Positions 43,324-54,791 of a stretch of 64,000 nt of DNA are shown piece after piece; position 1 is the stretch's first letter; each line of letters opens with the position of its first letter. The translations under genes were made by a program, and so were the position numbers. The notes below the pieces were generated by a model. The model was not told the origin of the DNA, ran no database searches, and was given only the letters and a program-made list of their open reading frames with translations. The stretch is from Ignavibacteriota bacterium (lineage in GTDB: Bacteria; Bacteroidota; Ignavibacteria; UBA10030; UBA6906), in contig CAVPCZ010000005.1 in the NCBI GenBank assembly GCA_963702445.1, positions 90 to 64,089 on the forward strand, read 5' to 3'.

Positions 43324-44407
43324 TCAGCGCTGGATACGTGCCGATCCCCCCTTGGCGAATGCGCGCACCTGCTCGACGGTGGCCATGGTCGTATCGCCGG
43401 GGAACGTCGTGAGCAGCGCGCCGTGCGCCCAGCCCAGTTTCACCGCTTCTTCCGGCGATTCGCCTGTCAGCAGGCCGTAGAAGAATCCGCTCGCGAATCC
43501 ATCCCCGCCGCCGACGCGGTCCAGCACGTCAAGCTCGCAGGTGGGTGCGGTGTAGGTCTTGCCGTTGACCCACGCCACGGCCCCCCAGCTGTGGTGGTTG
43601 GTGGAGTGGACTTCGCGCAGAGTCGTTGCCACGACTTTCACCTGCGGGTGTTTCTTCGACCACCTTGTCGATCATCCCAAAGAACGTGCTCGGATCGAGC
43701 TTCGATTTGGCCGCCACTTCCGGACCGGGGATACCGAGGCCCTTCTGGAGGTCTTCCTCGTTGCCCACCAGGACATCGGCGTTTTCGACGATACGCGCGA
43801 CCACTTCGACCGCCTTCTGCTGCCCGCCCCAGATGTTCCACAGCTTCTCGCGGAAGTTCAGGTCGAAGCTCACGATCGCGCCGGCTTTCCTTGCCGCTTT
43901 CATCCCCTCGATGATCACCTCGCCCGTCGTCTCGGAGAGCGCGGCGAAGATTCCGCCGCTATGGAACCACCGCACGCCGCCCGCGAAGATGGCATCCCAG
44001 TCGAAGTCGCCGGGCTTCAGCTGCGCTGCTGCTTCGTTTGAACGGTTGTAGAACACCACCGGTGCGCGGACACCCTGTCCGCGGTCGCTGTACACGGTGG
44101 CCATGTTCGGCCCGTTGACGCCGTTGTGTTTGAACCGCTTGTAGAAGGGCTTCACGCCCATCGCCTTCACGCGTTCGGCGATCAGATCGCCAATCGGATA
44201 GTCCACCATCGCCGTCGCAATGCCCGTATTCATCCGGAAACAATCGGCAAGATTTGCGGCCACGTTAAACTCACCGCCGCTCACATGAATCTGGCATTCC
44301 GTTGCCTTCCGGAAGGGAATGATGCCCGGATCCAGCCGGTGCACCAGCGCACCGAGAGAAACCAAGTCGAACGCACCATCCGAACGGACATTTAACCCGT
44401 TACTCAT
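43324..44407 (-). CDS. kdgK: 2-dehydro-3-deoxygluconokinase (PfkB family); one frameshift near 43640
   Basis: MSNGLNVRSDGAFDLVSLGALVHRLDPG..GGEFNVAANLA.. and a C-terminal piece DVLDRVGGGDGFASGFFYGLL (ORF 43324..43641). Confidence 0.8.
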
Positions 44408-44675
44408 GTGACACTCCTTGTCTCTGTTGACGACGTCCCTTGTTGCAGCCCGAAGGGCAGGGTGGGTACGAGCAATAATATCGCTCCATATGACCCTTTT
44501 GTCAACATCTGTTTTTGTTCTGCGCGGAGGGGGGGTCTCCGGCAAAGTTACTGTATTGCAGCCGGACCCCTTCTTCCTGCTGTGATGTGCCCGAAAATCT
44601 TCCTTGGTTCTGAAGCGGGGAGTCCGTATATTTAAAGATATTTCCATCATTTCTAAATCCCCGAAAGGTATACCC

Positions 44676-45368
44676 ATGCGCGCACTCTGGGCCGCCGTAC
44701 TGGCGGTCGGACTCATCGGATGTCAAACGACTGGCGAGAAGGATGTAAAGCTCGAAACCCAGAAGGACAAAGTCAGCTACAGCATCGGTCTGAATATCGG
44801 CAAGAACATGACGCGCGATTCCATCGCCATCAACCCGGACATCTTTCTGCGCGGTGTGCTGGATGCAGCGGCGGACAGTGCCCATCGACTGATGACGGAC
44901 AAGGAAATGCAGGAGACCATGATGGCGTTCCAGCAGGAGATGCAGAAAAAGCAGATGGAACAGGCCCACGCGGCCGGCGAGAAGAACAGACTTGAAGGCG
45001 AAGCCTTCCTCGCAGAGAACGCCAAACAACCCGGCGTTGTCACGCTCCCCAGTGGTCTGCAGTACAGGATTCTGGTGGAGGGCAAGGGGAAAAAGCCGAA
45101 CGCCGCGGCCACCGTCAAAACGCACTACAGCGGCAAGCTGCTGAACGGCACCGAGTTTGACAGTTCCATCAAGCGCGGCGAGCCGGCGGTGTTTCCGTGC
45201 AATGGCGTCATCAAAGGGTGGACCGAGGCCCTCCTGTTGATGCCGGAGGGATCGAAGTGGGAACTGTTTATCCCGTCATCGCTGGCGTATGGTGAAGCCG
45301 GTGCGGGCGGCGTTATTCCCCCGAACGCGACCCTGATCTTCCAGGTCGAGCTGATTGCCATTCAATAG
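44676..45368 (+). CDS. FKBP-type peptidyl-prolyl cis-trans isomerase lipoprotein (Mip/FkpA-like)
   Basis: Lipoprotein signal MRALWAAVLAVGLIGC. FKBP_N helix region, then the FKBP_C motifs VTLPSGLQYRIL..VKTHYSGKLLNGTEFDSS..VIKGWTEAL..WELFIPSSLAYGE. Confidence 0.88.
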   Translation: MRALWAAVLAVGLIGCQTTGEKDVKLETQKDKVSYSIGLNIGKNMTRDSIAINPDIFLRGVLDAAADSAHRLMTDKEMQETMMAFQQEMQKKQMEQAHAAGEKNRLEGEAFLAENAKQPGVVTLPSGLQYRILVEGKGKKPNAAATVKTHYSGKLLNGTEFDSSIKRGEPAVFPCNGVIKGWTEALLLMPEGSKWELFIPSSLAYGEAGAGGVIPPNATLIFQVELIAIQ

Positions 45369-45375
45369 AAAGCAA

Positions 45376-45408
45376 GGTGGGGGATGCGATACAGCCGCAT
45401 CCCCCACC
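45376..45408. terminator. Bidirectional hairpin terminator between convergent genes
   Basis: 13-bp perfect stem ggtgggggatgcg / cgcatcccccacc, 7-nt loop, followed by ggtttct on the + strand. Confidence 0.75.
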
Positions 45409-45440
45409 GGTTTCTCCCCGAAGTCTTCTGCACACCACTC

Positions 45441-46565
45441 TTAGCGCATCACCACCATCTTCCGGGTTTGCGTGAACGTCCCCGCCTGGAGGCGGTACAC
45501 ATAGACCCCGCTCGCAAGATTCGCGGCATCGAATTCCACCGCTCTCTCTCCCGCGTCGAAAATCCCGTCCACAACCGTCGCCACTTCTCCTCCCAGCAGA
45601 TTAAACACCTTGATCGTCACCGTGGACCGCTCCGGCAGCCCGAACCGGATTGTGGTCGTGGGGTTGAAGGGGTTGGGATAGTTCTGGCTCAGGCGATATT
45701 CCACCGGAGTGCTTTCCACAATCTTCACGTCGGTGGGAATAGCGACATTCCACCAGGTCGGCGGAGTGACCTCGAGAGAATCGCCGCCGGCCTGGCCTGA
45801 TTCTTTTGCCGTTACTTCCACGCGGGCCAGGCGATCCGACACAAAAATGTATTTCACATCGACGCCCGTTGAGGTGGTATCAACCCTCTTGATCCGCAAC
45901 GCCTGTTCGATAATCCCGCCGGGCATCTTCATTGCACCGTAGGCATCGACGGTATATGTCGCGTTGTGGGTTTTCGTCGTAATGGGGAAGTAATACGTGG
46001 CCCCCAACCGTACAAAACTCGTATCAGTATAGGATGATTTCCATGTCGATTGATATTGCACGGGCAATGCGTACATGGTGTCCGGACGCGAATTAACCCA
46101 TTCAGCAAGTCCATTGCCGAATAAAGGGACGGTTGCAGCCGCCATGTCCCCCAATATGCCCATTGTGGCGGTTGCCCCTCCCGGACTCTTGGCATAGGTA
46201 TAATAGCGCCACGCGGTTGCCACCACGGAAATCACGCTACCGGGGGCTATCGGATAGCTTATCGACGCCTGTCCGTCGTGTGCGTGCGTCGCTCCAACCC
46301 GTGTGAATCCATATGGAGTACTGGACACGGCAACAGGCTTCAGCGGGATCCCGATGTTGGTTTTAAGATTGCTGAAGTCCCACAGGGTGTTACTGCCGGC
46401 AGAACCAATGTACACTTTGGTGGTCACGGAATCGGGAGTATGCGTGTATCCCCGGTTAAGCATGGACTCCGCTTGAACGATGCTGATTGTGGTCTGGGCG
46501 GAGGCAAGCTCCACCATTAGCAGTATCCCGCACAGAACCAAAACAGACCGCACGAAATGGTTCAT
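45441..46565 (-). CDS. Secreted protein of unknown function with a T9SS C-terminal sorting domain
   Basis: ATG at 46565 after aaggagggg. Signal peptide MNHFVRSVLVLCGILLMVELASAQ. CTD YRLSQNYPNPFNPTTTIRFGL..GVYVYRLQAG..KMVVMR*. Confidence 0.75.
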   Translation of the reverse strand: MNHFVRSVLVLCGILLMVELASAQTTISIVQAESMLNRGYTHTPDSVTTKVYIGSAGSNTLWDFSNLKTNIGIPLKPVAVSSTPYGFTRVGATHAHDGQASISYPIAPGSVISVVATAWRYYTYAKSPGGATATMGILGDMAAATVPLFGNGLAEWVNSRPDTMYALPVQYQSTWKSSYTDTSFVRLGATYYFPITTKTHNATYTVDAYGAMKMPGGIIEQALRIKRVDTTSTGVDVKYIFVSDRLARVEVTAKESGQAGGDSLEVTPPTWWNVAIPTDVKIVESTPVEYRLSQNYPNPFNPTTTIRFGLPERSTVTIKVFNLLGGEVATVVDGIFDAGERAVEFDAANLASGVYVYRLQAGTFTQTRKMVVMR

Positions 46566-46748
46566 ATCCCCTCCTTTGTTCTTTTTGTTTAACACTCTCC
46601 AGGGTACACGGAAATCCCTTCTCATGGGCCGCGGACCCGTCTTAGAATTTCACCTTGAGGACAAACACGCAAGTCCTCGGGGCCATTCTCCATGTACTGT
46701 TCGAAACCGGGCTCTCTGTGGATGTGCAGAAGCGCCGGAGCCGTCGCA

Positions 46749-48953
46749 CTAAAATCTTGCTTCCAGCACAAGCACATAGTTGCGCGGGGGCATCATGTTC
46801 CCGATCAACTCCACATAGTTGTACTGCAGGGCATTGCTTACATTGAATGTGGCATTCAGGGGCACGCCCGCAAACCCGAAGTCCGCTCCGATGCGGAAAT
46901 CCGTGACATAGATGGGGACCCGCTCGTCCCCGTCCGGCACGATGCCCACCTCCACCAGTTCGTCGTCGATCCTGTCGACACGGCTGATGTAGCGGAAATC
47001 TGCCCCCGCGGTGACCGGACCGATCCGTGTCGTCAGGTTGGTATAGAACAGATGCCGAGGCCGGTACCGCAGAATATCATCATTCGTGATGTCTTCGGGA
47101 TACACATAGGTGTACCCGAGATTGAACGACAATCCCCCGTCAAAGAGCCCGAGCTTGAAGGATGTTTCCACACCCTGCACACGGGCTTCGATGACATTGC
47201 GCCACTGGATCTGCAGGTCCGATCCGGAGACGATGAGCCCGGCTTCGATGAGGTTGTCGTAGTCGGTCCTGAAGGCCGCAAAATCGAACGACCCGAAATC
47301 GCCCACCGCCTGCGAGACGCCGACTTCATACGAGTAGCTCTGTTCGGGCTGCAGGTCTTTGTTCGGGACTGCAGTCAGGTTGCTCACGCCGGCGGTGATG
47401 AACGCTTCCGCCACAGAGGGGACCCTGAAGCCCTGACCGTACGACGCGCGCAGCGTCGTGCCCCAGAAGGGTTTATACGCAATCGCCGCTTTGGGATTGA
47501 GCTGTGCGCTCGGTTCGGTCAGTCCGAGCGATTGAAAATCAAAGCGCGCGCCGAGGGTGAGTGTGAAGTTCTCCAGCAGCTTCATCTCGTCCTGCCCGTA
47601 GACCGCAAGACCTCCGATGAGCCGGTTACTGAACAGGTCTCCCCCGATCATGTCGACGTTGCCGTCCACCCCGAACGTCATGGTGTGTATGTTGTCAAGA
47701 AGCAGTGTGGCCAGCGCCTCGGCTCGAATGCCGTCGGCGTACGATTCGGCCCTGCCGATCCCGGATCGCGTCTCGAATCCCCAGTCGTTATGAAGCCACA
47801 TCACCCTGGAGGTGAAGAGAAGCTTGTCAGACAGGACCCCGTTGTACTGGCCGCTGACAAAGAACCGCACCGATTTGACGTTGTCCGTCTGCTGCGCGAT
47901 CGGCGGGATGAGCGCCGAATCCAGGGTTCGCCAGTACAGAAACTGTCCTCCGAACTGATTGAGGAGATTGAATGTCAACGTGAGCGCGGAGGACTGTGAA
48001 AGGTCCTGTGTGGCCTTGATGTAGAAGTTGTACCGCCGGCGGTAGTCATTCTCGCGATACCCGTCATCCAGCTGACGGGACATGAACATCGAGAGGCCGA
48101 GACTGCCCGATTTGTACGCATGGCTGACCGATTGGCCGTTGGTGAAGCGATGCTTGTCAGACCACTTCCAATCGACGAATGACGGGTCATTGTACATCCC
48201 CCCATAGGCCCGGACAATCGTCTCAGACTGTTCCGGAATCGGCTTGGTGATGATGTTGATCACGCCGCCGAGCGCACTGGATCCATAGAGCGCTGAACTG
48301 GCTCCTTTGACCACTTCGATCCGTTCGACCTGACCCACCGGAATGGACTCAAAAGTGAGCTCACCCGTATCGCCTGCGATGAAGGGGATTCCATCCACGA
48401 GCATGAGCACGCGGCTGCCGGCACCGCGGCTGTATCCGCTGGAGCCGCGAATATTCACCTGGAACCCCGTCATGTTCACCCCGGGGATGTACCGGAGAGC
48501 GTCATCAATCACGAGGGCATTGCGCTGCTGAATCTCCCCCGCATCCATGATCGACATGCTGACGGGAACATCTTCAAGCGACTGTTTGCGCTTGCTTGCG
48601 GTGATGACATACTGCTCGATTTGCACCGGCGTCTGCACAAGGGAGACGTTCAGGACAGTCTCTTTTCCCTCCTCAACCACCAGGCCGGCTCGCGTGACGC
48701 GCTGATACCCGACCATGGAGATCGTGACCGTGTGTGTCCCGGCGGGCACATCCGCAATGCGGTACTCGCCTTTGAGATTCGTGGTGGTGCCGCGAACGGT
48801 GCCCTGCACGAGCACGGTGGCTCCGATGAGCGGTTCGGCCGCACCGTCGGCACGGGACGTCACCCGGCCTGTGATGGAGCCGCCTCCGCCGAACCCCCGG
48901 TCACACAGGGCAAGGAGCAATAGGAATGTGATCAGTGTCCGTTTCATCGCCAT
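46749..48953 (-). CDS. TonB-dependent receptor with an N-terminal carboxypeptidase-regulatory-like domain
   Basis: Intact 734 aa. Signal peptide, CarboxypepD_reg segment (GSITGRV..LIGATVLVQGT..TNLKGEYRI), plug (DVPVSMSIMDAGEIQQR..DALRYIPGVN), and a C-terminal barrel ending ..VLVLEARF. Confidence 0.85.
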   Translation of the reverse strand: MAMKRTLITFLLLLALCDRGFGGGGSITGRVTSRADGAAEPLIGATVLVQGTVRGTTTNLKGEYRIADVPAGTHTVTISMVGYQRVTRAGLVVEEGKETVLNVSLVQTPVQIEQYVITASKRKQSLEDVPVSMSIMDAGEIQQRNALVIDDALRYIPGVNMTGFQVNIRGSSGYSRGAGSRVLMLVDGIPFIAGDTGELTFESIPVGQVERIEVVKGASSALYGSSALGGVINIITKPIPEQSETIVRAYGGMYNDPSFVDWKWSDKHRFTNGQSVSHAYKSGSLGLSMFMSRQLDDGYRENDYRRRYNFYIKATQDLSQSSALTLTFNLLNQFGGQFLYWRTLDSALIPPIAQQTDNVKSVRFFVSGQYNGVLSDKLLFTSRVMWLHNDWGFETRSGIGRAESYADGIRAEALATLLLDNIHTMTFGVDGNVDMIGGDLFSNRLIGGLAVYGQDEMKLLENFTLTLGARFDFQSLGLTEPSAQLNPKAAIAYKPFWGTTLRASYGQGFRVPSVAEAFITAGVSNLTAVPNKDLQPEQSYSYEVGVSQAVGDFGSFDFAAFRTDYDNLIEAGLIVSGSDLQIQWRNVIEARVQGVETSFKLGLFDGGLSFNLGYTYVYPEDITNDDILRYRPRHLFYTNLTTRIGPVTAGADFRYISRVDRIDDELVEVGIVPDGDERVPIYVTDFRIGADFGFAGVPLNATFNVSNALQYNYVELIGNMMPPRNYVLVLEARF

Positions 48954-49483
48954 GGCTTCGGAGGCAGGTTATGATAATCCACATAGATGTCGATGTCGGG
49001 CGTGATGCGGTGCAACAGGATCCTCACAGGCGCCGGAACGAACGAATCCGGATTCACCGCATACACGCCTGCCGGTCTCCAATCCGCAAAAAAATTCGGG
49101 CCATATCGCCAGGCGACCACGACATAGTTATATGTCGTCACCTGCAGGGTTGTTCCCTCCGTGGTGAAATCATAATGGACCGTATCCGCGAGCCGGTCCC
49201 CTCCGAGGGTCTTCAGTGCACCCTGGACGCCGGTTGTCACCTGAGGATAGACGACGGCCCTGCCGCTGAACAACGCAGTAAGGATGCCGCTACTGTCAGT
49301 CGGGTACTCCGTGAACGCGGCTATCCGCAGCTCAAGGAGGCTGTCGGGGGGCGGCCAATTCTTGTAGTGGATCACGCCGCTGAACCCGGACGGTTCTTTC
49401 AGGGGCTCAAGTCCTTTGTCGCATCCGGAGATGAAAACAAGGAAAAGGGCCATCAACAGTATGAAAAAGGGGGGCTGCTTCAT
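48944..49483 (-). CDS. Lipoprotein of unknown function, overlaps the TonB receptor start by 10 nt
   Basis: ATG at 49483. MKQPPFFILLMALFLVFISGC is a lipobox. 179 aa with no recognisable motif. Confidence 0.6.
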   Translation of the reverse strand: MKQPPFFILLMALFLVFISGCDKGLEPLKEPSGFSGVIHYKNWPPPDSLLELRIAAFTEYPTDSSGILTALFSGRAVVYPQVTTGVQGALKTLGGDRLADTVHYDFTTEGTTLQVTTYNYVVVAWRYGPNFFADWRPAGVYAVNPDSFVPAPVRILLHRITPDIDIYVDYHNLPPKPWR

Positions 49484-49685
49484 GGAAATCCTCATAAACA
49501 AGAACAACATGGCCGGACTAAAAGTTCGTGCGCCCCGTCACAACAACAGAAAAAACTTCTCTTACGAGATCTGACTTGCTTTAAACCCTGCAAGAGCATA
49601 GATTTGTTCTCAGAAGGCTGGTCTGTATCCAGACGAACTCAGCGACGCTGTTCGTGGCCAAGGCAATCACACATACGGAGGTCCC

Positions 49686-50350
49686 ATGAAACACTTTATT
49701 CTTTGTTGTTCGTTCCTCTTTGCATTCTCGGCGGCCTGGGCGCAGGGCATCGGGTTCGGGGTCCACGGGAACATGATCAATTCCAATCTCAACGCGACCC
49801 TCAGGCAGATCGGCAATATTCCCCCCCCACCAGTACGGTTCAGATAGCGCTTGAAGAAATTTACGGTATTGGTTGGGGAGGCGGCGTGCATTTCGACATC
49901 GGTCTCGGGTTCATCAGCTTCCGCCTCTCCGGAGACTACACCACCCTTTCACCCGACAAGGACAAGTTCGCAAGTCTCGTCCAGCAGATCTTTCCCGGTG
50001 TGACGGGGATATCCTATGTGGATGGCGGAAAGGTGGATATGTGGTCCGGCAGTGCCAACGCGAAGCTGAACCTGCTGCCTCTGCCCATCTTCAAAATCTA
50101 CGCAACCGGAGGCATAGGTATTGCAAGCGTCAAGTCGACGAACGCGAACCTGAAAATCGGCACCACCCCCGTCAGCTTCGTGATTCTCGACAACCAGACC
50201 GCCATGACCACGAATCTCGGCGCCGGAACGGATATCTCCCTGGGCGGATTGAGCCTGTTTGCGGAGCTCAGGTTCAACTGGCTCTTCCTCAAAGAAAATG
50301 CGGAGACGAGCACCATGGTGCCCATCGCCTCCGTAGGAATCACGTTCTAA
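49686..50350 (+). CDS. Outer-membrane beta-barrel (OmpW/porin_2-like) protein; frameshift in a C8 run
   Basis: ggagg RBS, then MKHFILCCSFLFAFSAAWAQ. The frame changes at the C8 homopolymer 49821-49828. Alternating beta-strand pattern with a C-terminal ..ASVGITF*. Confidence 0.6.
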
Positions 50351-50438
50351 GCCGTCCAATCGTTCTTCATTCGCGGGCCGGCAGCAGCAGCCCGTTGCCG
50401 GCGACGATAGCCGGCGCTCTTCCCCGCCTCCTCGTACA

Positions 50439-50471
50439 AACGCCCGGTCCCGCAAAGCGGGACCGGGCGTT
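50439..50471. terminator. Bidirectional hairpin terminator between the OMP gene and typA
   Basis: 15-bp perfect stem aacgcccggtcccgc / gcgggaccgggcgtt with a 3-nt loop. Confidence 0.7.
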
Positions 50472-50498
50472 GACATTCAGAGCGGACACCTTCACCGT

Positions 50499-52337
50499 CT
50501 ACCGGGCCACCTCTTCGGCCTCGGCGGCTCTCTTCGACATCCGTTTACGCATATCCGCATCCAGGTACTTTTTCCGGATCCTGATACTCTCGGGCGTCAC
50601 CTCCACCAGTTCATCGTCGGTGATCCATTCGATGGCCTGTTCAAGGGTGAGCATGCGCGGGGGTTCCAGACGCACCGCCTCATCTGACCCTGATGCGCGC
50701 ATGTTCGTCAGCTGCTTCGTCTTGCAGACATTCACCGTCATGTCCTTCTCCCGCGAATTCTCGCCCACGACCATGCCGGCATACACCTTCGTGCCCGGCT
50801 CGATGAAAAAGAGTGAACGCTCCTGCAGCTTCCACATTCCGTAGGCGACCGCTTCGCCCGATTCCATGGCGACCATCGCCCCTTTCATGCGGTGGGTCAT
50901 ATCCCCTTTGTACGGATCATACCCGTGGAAGTTGTGGTGCAGCATGCCCGTTCCCTTCGTCTGCGTCATGAATTCGCCCCGGAACCCGATCAGTCCGCGG
51001 GCCGGCACGATAAATTCCAGGCGGGTATTTCCGTTGCTGGCCACCATATTCTTCATCTCGCCGCGTCTGCGGCCGATGTTCTCGATCACCACGCCGACGA
51101 ACTCATCCGGCACATCGATAATCACGTGCTCCATGGGCTCCGAGAGGACATCATCGATCCGTTTGTAAATCACTTCCGGACGCGAGACTTGAAATTCATA
51201 CCCTTCACGCCGCATGGTTTCAATCAGGATTGCCAGATGCAATTCGCCGCGTCCGCTCACTTTGAAGGTGTCGGGGGAGTCCGTCAGCTCAATGCGCATG
51301 CTCACGTTGGAGCGGAGTTCGCGTGTCAGCCGTTCGCTGAGATGCCGCGTCGTGACATACTTCCCTTCCAATCCGGCGAACGGCGAGTTGTTGACGAGAA
51401 AGTTCATCGAAAGCGTCGGCTCTTCAATCGCCACAAAGGGAAGCGGTTTGGGATCCGCCTCGTCGGCGATTGTCTCTCCGATATCCACGTCTTCCATGCC
51501 CGCAATGGCAATAATATCGCCCGCCCCGGCTTCCTGCACTTCCATGCGCTTGAGGCCGTCAAACGTGTAGATCTTGGTCACCCGTGCGTCTTCCACCTGA
51601 CCGTCGCGATGGATGATTTTCATGGGTGATCCAAACCGGATCGTCCCCCGGTGGATGGTCCCGATTCCCAGACGGCCGAGATAGTCGTTGTAATCGATGG
51701 TGGTTACCAGCATCTGGAACGGCGACACGGTATCGCCGGGCGGCGGCGGCACATGCTGCACAATGGCATCCAGGAGAGGGAGAAGGTTCGTGCTTTCCTG
51801 GTCAAGCTCATTCTTCGCAATACCCTGTTTGGCAATGCAGTAGACGGTCGGGAAATCCAGCTGATGATCCTTCGCCCCGAGGGAGAGAAAGAGTTCAAAG
51901 ACCAGATCCAGCACCTCGTGCGGACGTGCATCCTTCCGGTCAATTTTGTTGATCACCACGATAGGCTTGAGATTCAGATCGAGCGATTTCTTAAGAACGA
52001 ATTTCGTTCCCGGGAGGGGGCCTTCGGCAGCATCCACAAGCAGGAGAACGCCGTCCACCATCGTGAGTGTCCGTTCCACTTCGCCCCCGAAATCGGCGTG
52101 CCCCGGAGTGTCCACGATGTTGATCTTGGTGGTATTGTAATGGATGGAGGTGTTTTTTGCCAGAATGGTTATGCCGCGTTCTTTCTCCAGATCATTGGAA
52201 TCCATGACGCGGGTCACAACCTGCTGGTTCGACCGGAAGGTTCCGGTCTGGCGGAGCATATGGTCAACCAGCGTCGTTTTCCCGTGATCCACGTGGGCAA
52301 TAATCGCGATGTTGCGGATGTCGTTCCTGCGCTGCAT
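50499..52337 (-). CDS. typA: Translational GTPase TypA/BipA
   Basis: ATG at 52337: [55 protein letters not shown]... Intact, about 612 aa. Confidence 0.92.
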   Translation of the reverse strand: MQRRNDIRNIAIIAHVDHGKTTLVDHMLRQTGTFRSNQQVVTRVMDSNDLEKERGITILAKNTSIHYNTTKINIVDTPGHADFGGEVERTLTMVDGVLLLVDAAEGPLPGTKFVLKKSLDLNLKPIVVINKIDRKDARPHEVLDLVFELFLSLGAKDHQLDFPTVYCIAKQGIAKNELDQESTNLLPLLDAIVQHVPPPPGDTVSPFQMLVTTIDYNDYLGRLGIGTIHRGTIRFGSPMKIIHRDGQVEDARVTKIYTFDGLKRMEVQEAGAGDIIAIAGMEDVDIGETIADEADPKPLPFVAIEEPTLSMNFLVNNSPFAGLEGKYVTTRHLSERLTRELRSNVSMRIELTDSPDTFKVSGRGELHLAILIETMRREGYEFQVSRPEVIYKRIDDVLSEPMEHVIIDVPDEFVGVVIENIGRRRGEMKNMVASNGNTRLEFIVPARGLIGFRGEFMTQTKGTGMLHHNFHGYDPYKGDMTHRMKGAMVAMESGEAVAYGMWKLQERSLFFIEPGTKVYAGMVVGENSREKDMTVNVCKTKQLTNMRASGSDEAVRLEPPRMLTLEQAIEWITDDELVEVTPESIRIRKKYLDADMRKRMSKRAAEAEEVAR

Positions 52338-52409
52338 GAGTCTCCAGTGATTGTCAAGCCAAGCATATAATAAGCAAAAAAAGGGGGTAAATTCCAACGA
52401 AGGATCTCT

Positions 52410-53516
52410 TCACCCCAGCGGAGCGGCCGGCGACGCATACAGCGGGGGCAGATCGCGAAGAAACAGCGTATAGGGATCGTGGTAGAAGCGCAGGAAGTCG
52501 GGGACACTTGCATGACCCGGATACGGGGCAAAATGATGTGTGGTGCTTGCATTCCGCCAGACCGCAGCATAGACGATGTGCGCATTCACGGGATCGTCTT
52601 TGAGGGAACCCAGAAGCACCCGGGTGAACCAATCCGGCGTGGGCAGTCCTTCCTGCCCGACTTCGGTCAATGCGACAAGTTTATCCCGGCTCCGGGCATG
52701 CGACACGACGGTGTGCAGGTTCTCCCTGAACGACCGGAGATCCTCCCGGGAAATGTGCCGGGGAAAGTAGGCGTCCGCGCCGAAGATATCCACGTAGGCA
52801 TCGCCCGGATATCGATCGAAATACCGGTCTCCCTCCCCGACATGACTCAACCCCGGCGAGAACGCCCAGAGGAGGTTGTGCACGCTCATGGTATCCCGGA
52901 GAAACAACGCCGTGAATCGCCAGAGGGCGATATACTCTTCCGGGGTGGCATGCGGAGCTCCCCACCAGAACCAGTCGCCCGTGTGTTCATGAAACGGGCG
53001 GAAGATCACCGGTATGGGTTCGCCGCCCGGCCCGACCAACGAATGCAGGAAGAGCGCAGCCGTTTCCAGTGTCCGCGTGTACTCCTCGTGCCGTTGACCA
53101 CCCGGAAGGATGGAGGCCACAACACGCCTGTTGTTCACATCACCGGCATAAAACCCCCGATGGTCCGGATCCTCGAGATGCCAGCACAGGCTTATGACGG
53201 AGCCCCGGATGTATGCCGACGTGATCCTGGAGGCGAGGCGGTCGACTGCATCGTGTCGTTGCACGCGGTTCAGCTCTTCACTTATCAACGCAGGGTAGTC
53301 GCCGCACACGCTGTGGACGTCAGAACGGTGGTCATCCCCGCTCCACCCGACGCCATAGCCGCAGGCATCCTGCATGCCGAACAGCAAGCCCCGCGTGGTG
53401 AGCAGGAAGAGATTCCTGCACAGATTGCGGGTTTCTGTGGTTGCCAGGGGATCAACGGGAAGACCGGTGCGCGCCGGCCCTTCCCCTTCGGGAGTCAGGA
53501 TGCGACGGGTGTTCAT
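52410..53516 (-). CDS. Glycoside hydrolase family 26 (beta-mannanase-like)
   Basis: Intact 368 aa. GH26 signature IFRPFHEHTGDWFWWG, plus WAFSPG and ALTEVG around the nucleophile region. Confidence 0.85.
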   Translation of the reverse strand: MNTRRILTPEGEGPARTGLPVDPLATTETRNLCRNLFLLTTRGLLFGMQDACGYGVGWSGDDHRSDVHSVCGDYPALISEELNRVQRHDAVDRLASRITSAYIRGSVISLCWHLEDPDHRGFYAGDVNNRRVVASILPGGQRHEEYTRTLETAALFLHSLVGPGGEPIPVIFRPFHEHTGDWFWWGAPHATPEEYIALWRFTALFLRDTMSVHNLLWAFSPGLSHVGEGDRYFDRYPGDAYVDIFGADAYFPRHISREDLRSFRENLHTVVSHARSRDKLVALTEVGQEGLPTPDWFTRVLLGSLKDDPVNAHIVYAAVWRNASTTHHFAPYPGHASVPDFLRFYHDPYTLFLRDLPPLYASPAAPLG

Positions 53517-53591
53517 GCAGCTTGACTTTTCACATCGGTTTCGCTAAGTAGAGTGAACACTTTCAGGAACAACCGTGCCACACACATACAC

Positions 53592-54791
53592 ATGAAGACT
53601 CTGCTGCTGGAACACATCCACCCCCGTGCCGTCGGCGCACTGGTGCAGGCATCCCTGCACGTAACCGGGTCCGCCGGGAGTCTGCATGAAGACGAACTGA
53701 TTGCGGCCCTGCAGGGAGTTTCCGTCCTCGGCATCCGGTCCCGCACCCCCGTGACACGCCGCGTACTGGAGAACGCTCCCGACTTGATGGCGATCGGCGC
53801 CTACTGTATCGGGACGAACCATATTGACCTGGACACCGCCTCACTCCGCGGTGTGGCCGTGTTCAATGCGCCGTACAGCAACACGCGCAGCGTGGCGGAA
53901 CTGGTGATCGCGGAGATCATTTTTCTCGTCAGGCGTCTTCTGCCAAAGGTCGTCAGGGCACATGAAGGGGCGTGGGACAAATCAGCAGAGAACGCCCGGG
54001 AGGTACGCGGCAAGAAGCTGGGCATCATCGGGTTCGGCAACATAGGTTCACAGGTATCGACGCTCGCGGAAGCCATGGGCATGGACGTCCACTACTACGA
54101 CATCGTGGACAAGCTGACCATCGGCAACGCCACGCGGGTGCCGACCCTTCACGAGCTCCTTGGTCTGGCGGACATCCTGACGATTCACGTCGACGGCAAT
54201 CCCGCCAACGCCGATCTGATCGGCGAGGCGGAGTTCGCAGCGATGAAAGAGGGCGTGGTTCTTCTGAACCTCAGCCGCGGGCACATCGTCAATATCGATG
54301 CCCTTGCACGTCACCTCAGGTCCGGCAAAGTCGCCGGCGCCGCAGTGGATGTGTTTCCGCATGAGCCGAAAGATGCAGCGGAGCCGTTCCGTTCACCTCT
54401 CCAGGGCATTCCCAACGTCCTGCTCACGCCCCACATCGGCGGGAGTACCGAGGAGGCTCAGGAGAATATCGCGGATTTTGTCTCCAGCAAGCTCGTTGAC
54501 TACCTTGCCAGCGGCAACACGTTTACGAGTGTTAATTTTCCGAAAATCAGCGTGCCGCGGGCCGATGCAGCGCATTCGCGGCGCGTCCTGCACGTCCACC
54601 AGAATGTCCCCGGCGTGCTCTCCCAGATCAACGGCATTTTCGCCAAGAACAACGTGAACGTCCTCTCACAATACCTGCGGACGAACGAGCTGATTGGTTA
54701 TGCCGTTGCCGACGTGGACAAGTCGCATGAAGAGACGTTTTTCGAGGACCTGCGGCAGGTTGCGCACACCATCAGGGTACGGATCATGTAA
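53592..54791 (+). CDS. serA: D-3-phosphoglycerate dehydrogenase (with a C-terminal ACT domain)
   Basis: [11 protein letters not shown].., NAD-binding motif [12 protein letters not shown], catalytic [18 protein letters not shown], and an ACT-like tail [17 protein letters not shown]. Confidence 0.88.
   Translation: MKTLLLEHIHPRAVGALVQASLHVTGSAGSLHEDELIAALQGVSVLGIRSRTPVTRRVLENAPDLMAIGAYCIGTNHIDLDTASLRGVAVFNAPYSNTRSVAELVIAEIIFLVRRLLPKVVRAHEGAWDKSAENAREVRGKKLGIIGFGNIGSQVSTLAEAMGMDVHYYDIVDKLTIGNATRVPTLHELLGLADILTIHVDGNPANADLIGEAEFAAMKEGVVLLNLSRGHIVNIDALARHLRSGKVAGAAVDVFPHEPKDAAEPFRSPLQGIPNVLLTPHIGGSTEEAQENIADFVSSKLVDYLASGNTFTSVNFPKISVPRADAAHSRRVLHVHQNVPGVLSQINGIFAKNNVNVLSQYLRTNELIGYAVADVDKSHEETFFEDLRQVAHTIRVRIM

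Noticed and set aside
46692-47999. 435-aa plus-strand ORF
   Set aside because: It is antisense to the TonB-dependent receptor, which has clear plug and barrel motifs. The composition is that of a shadow ORF.
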